Assembly (NCBI GenBank): GCA_015055975.1
Contig: SVHF01000002.1
Span: 2,225 to 66,224, forward strand
From: Clostridiales bacterium
GTDB taxonomy: Bacteria > Bacillota > Clostridia > Christensenellales > UBA3700
DNA: 64,000 nucleotides
Reading direction: 5' to 3'
Part shown: positions 62,829 through 64,000 of the stretch, in pieces
How the letters are laid out: the number at the start of each line of letters is the position of its first letter
How positions within the stretch are numbered: position 1 is the first letter of the stretch
Notes under the pieces: generated by a model
Seen by the model: only the letters and a program-made list of their open reading frames with translations
Databases searched by the model: none
What the model was told of the DNA's origin: nothing
Program-made: the position numbers and the translations under genes

Positions 62829-64000
62829 GTGAGCGAAGAAACAACAATGAACAACGAAAGTGTTGTTGTTGCTGAACTAGAAGCTAATCCAGGCGATCCA
62901 AACGGATTATCAGCAGAAGAGCAAGCTCTTTTGGGTAAGAAGTATTTAAAGCCTAGAGATTATTGGCTATTCAGTTTAGCAAGATTCGCATCAAGTGCCG
63001 TTACAGGTTTGGTTCAAGGTTACTTGTTGTATTTCTATACATCATGTGTCGGAATCAACGCAGCAGCGGTAGGTTTGATGTTCTTGATTACAAAAATCTT
63101 CGATGGTTTGAATGACCCAATCATGGGTGCTATCGTAGATAAGACAAGAACAAAGTGGGGTAAGATGAGACCTTACTTGTTCTTCGGTGCTGTTCCTTGG
63201 GGTATTATAACTATATTGATGTTCTTACCTCAAATTTATGCGGGAATGAATATGACAGGAAAGATCGTGTATATGTATGTTACATATATCGCATATGGTC
63301 TTTTAGGAACAATCATTGGTGTACCTTTGGATGGTATCCCTGCTGTTGCATCTCCAAATACAGATGAAAGAGCAAAGATTATTTCTATTTCTCGTATCTT
63401 AGGAAGTATCGGTGAACAATCAGCTTTAGTTCTTCTTACTGCATTCTTATTGTTTACACACGATGACTATTCATCTTCATACATGTGGATGGGTATTGTT
63501 ATCGGTATCTTAGGACCAATCTTCATGTTGCTTGGTGCTATGACAATCAAGGAAAGATTAGAGCCAACTAAGCAAACTCCTAGTGTTTGGGAAGGATTTA
63601 AATATCTATTCAAGAATAAGCAGTTTATGTTACTTATCCTATCTAATCTATTAACATTCTTTAGAAACTTAGTTTCAGCTATGATTCTATATGTAGTGTC
63701 ATATGTTATAGGAAAAGGATCATTGCAAATTGTATTCTCGCTTCCTGGAGCCGTCGCGTCAATGATTGGTATGATGATTGCGCCTAAGATGAGAAAGATG
63801 ATGGACTCTAAGAAGTTGTTTATAGTTGCTACAATTTGGCACTCAGTAGCTCTTGCAGTTATCTTCTTTATTTCTTTGGCAGTCGGCATCGAAAATCTTC
63901 CAAAGACATGGGGCTGGGTACTTCTTGCAGGTATGATGTTCGTTGCTATGATCCCAGTAGGTATCTTAAACGTAATTCCTCACTTAATGGCAACAGATAC
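62829..64000 (+). CDS. Glycoside-pentoside-hexuronide (GPH):cation symporter, 3' end outside window
   Basis: This ORF is not in the track because it has no stop within the window. GTG 62829 lies 10 nt after ggagg. LITKIFDGLNDPIMGAIVDKTRTKWGKMRPYLFFGAVPWG is the GPH/MelB/UidB signature. Confidence 0.85.
   Translation, partial: MSEETTMNNESVVVAELEANPGDPNGLSAEEQALLGKKYLKPRDYWLFSLARFASSAVTGLVQGYLLYFYTSCVGINAAAVGLMFLITKIFDGLNDPIMGAIVDKTRTKWGKMRPYLFFGAVPWGIITILMFLPQIYAGMNMTGKIVYMYVTYIAYGLLGTIIGVPLDGIPAVASPNTDERAKIISISRILGSIGEQSALVLLTAFLLFTHDDYSSSYMWMGIVIGILGPIFMLLGAMTIKERLEPTKQTPSVWEGFKYLFKNKQFMLLILSNLLTFFRNLVSAMILYVVSYVIGKGSLQIVFSLPGAVASMIGMMIAPKMRKMMDSKKLFIVATIWHSVALAVIFFISLAVGIENLPKTWGWVLLAGMMFVAMIPVGILNVIPHLMATD

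Overview
AT-rich window (roughly two-thirds A+T by eye, not computed). The gene content is typical of a low-GC Bacillota (Clostridia/Erysipelotrichia-like) gut organism: rplU-prp-rpmA preceded by the TIGR03960/TIGR03936 radical-SAM pair and RNase G, feoA-feoA-feoB with a Cys-rich mini-protein, and many ATGA/TAATG gene overlaps. About 60 CDS are supported, about 85% of them on the + strand, plus one tRNA-Ser(CGA). I saw no integrase, transposase or CRISPR array. TGA is a genuine stop here (standard code 11). Layout: (i) 1-6.6 kb holds a tightly overlapped operon that follows a truncated AgrC-like histidine kinase. It encodes a degenerate release-factor paralogue, an SF1 helicase-like NTPase, a coiled-coil protein, a GLUG-repeat membrane protein and a mini-TM protein. 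This is my best candidate for an undescribed system. (ii) 6.6-12.1 kb is a metal block (TetR, feo, HMA, and zupT broken by an in-frame TGA). (iii) 12.3-26.4 kb holds glycolipid genes and an accessory patch of secreted or surface proteins (Vps62-like, CotH, Tyr-rich Flg_new lipoprotein), a DUF4143 ATPase, the tRNA, and an XRE / condensation-like acyltransferase / LMW-PTP trio. (iv) 26.5-42.8 kb is housekeeping (ppx, Sel1, maf, mreB-like, ROK, rSAM, rng, L21/Prp/L27, nadE with an extra N-terminal HTH-like domain, M20 peptidase plus two membrane proteins). (v) 44.4-64 kb is a large glycan locus: GH38, AraC, the complete hexuronate-to-KDPG pathway, three Gfo/Idh/MocA enzymes, a TIM-barrel isomerase, PHP, GDPD, a six-hairpin GH and a GPH symporter.
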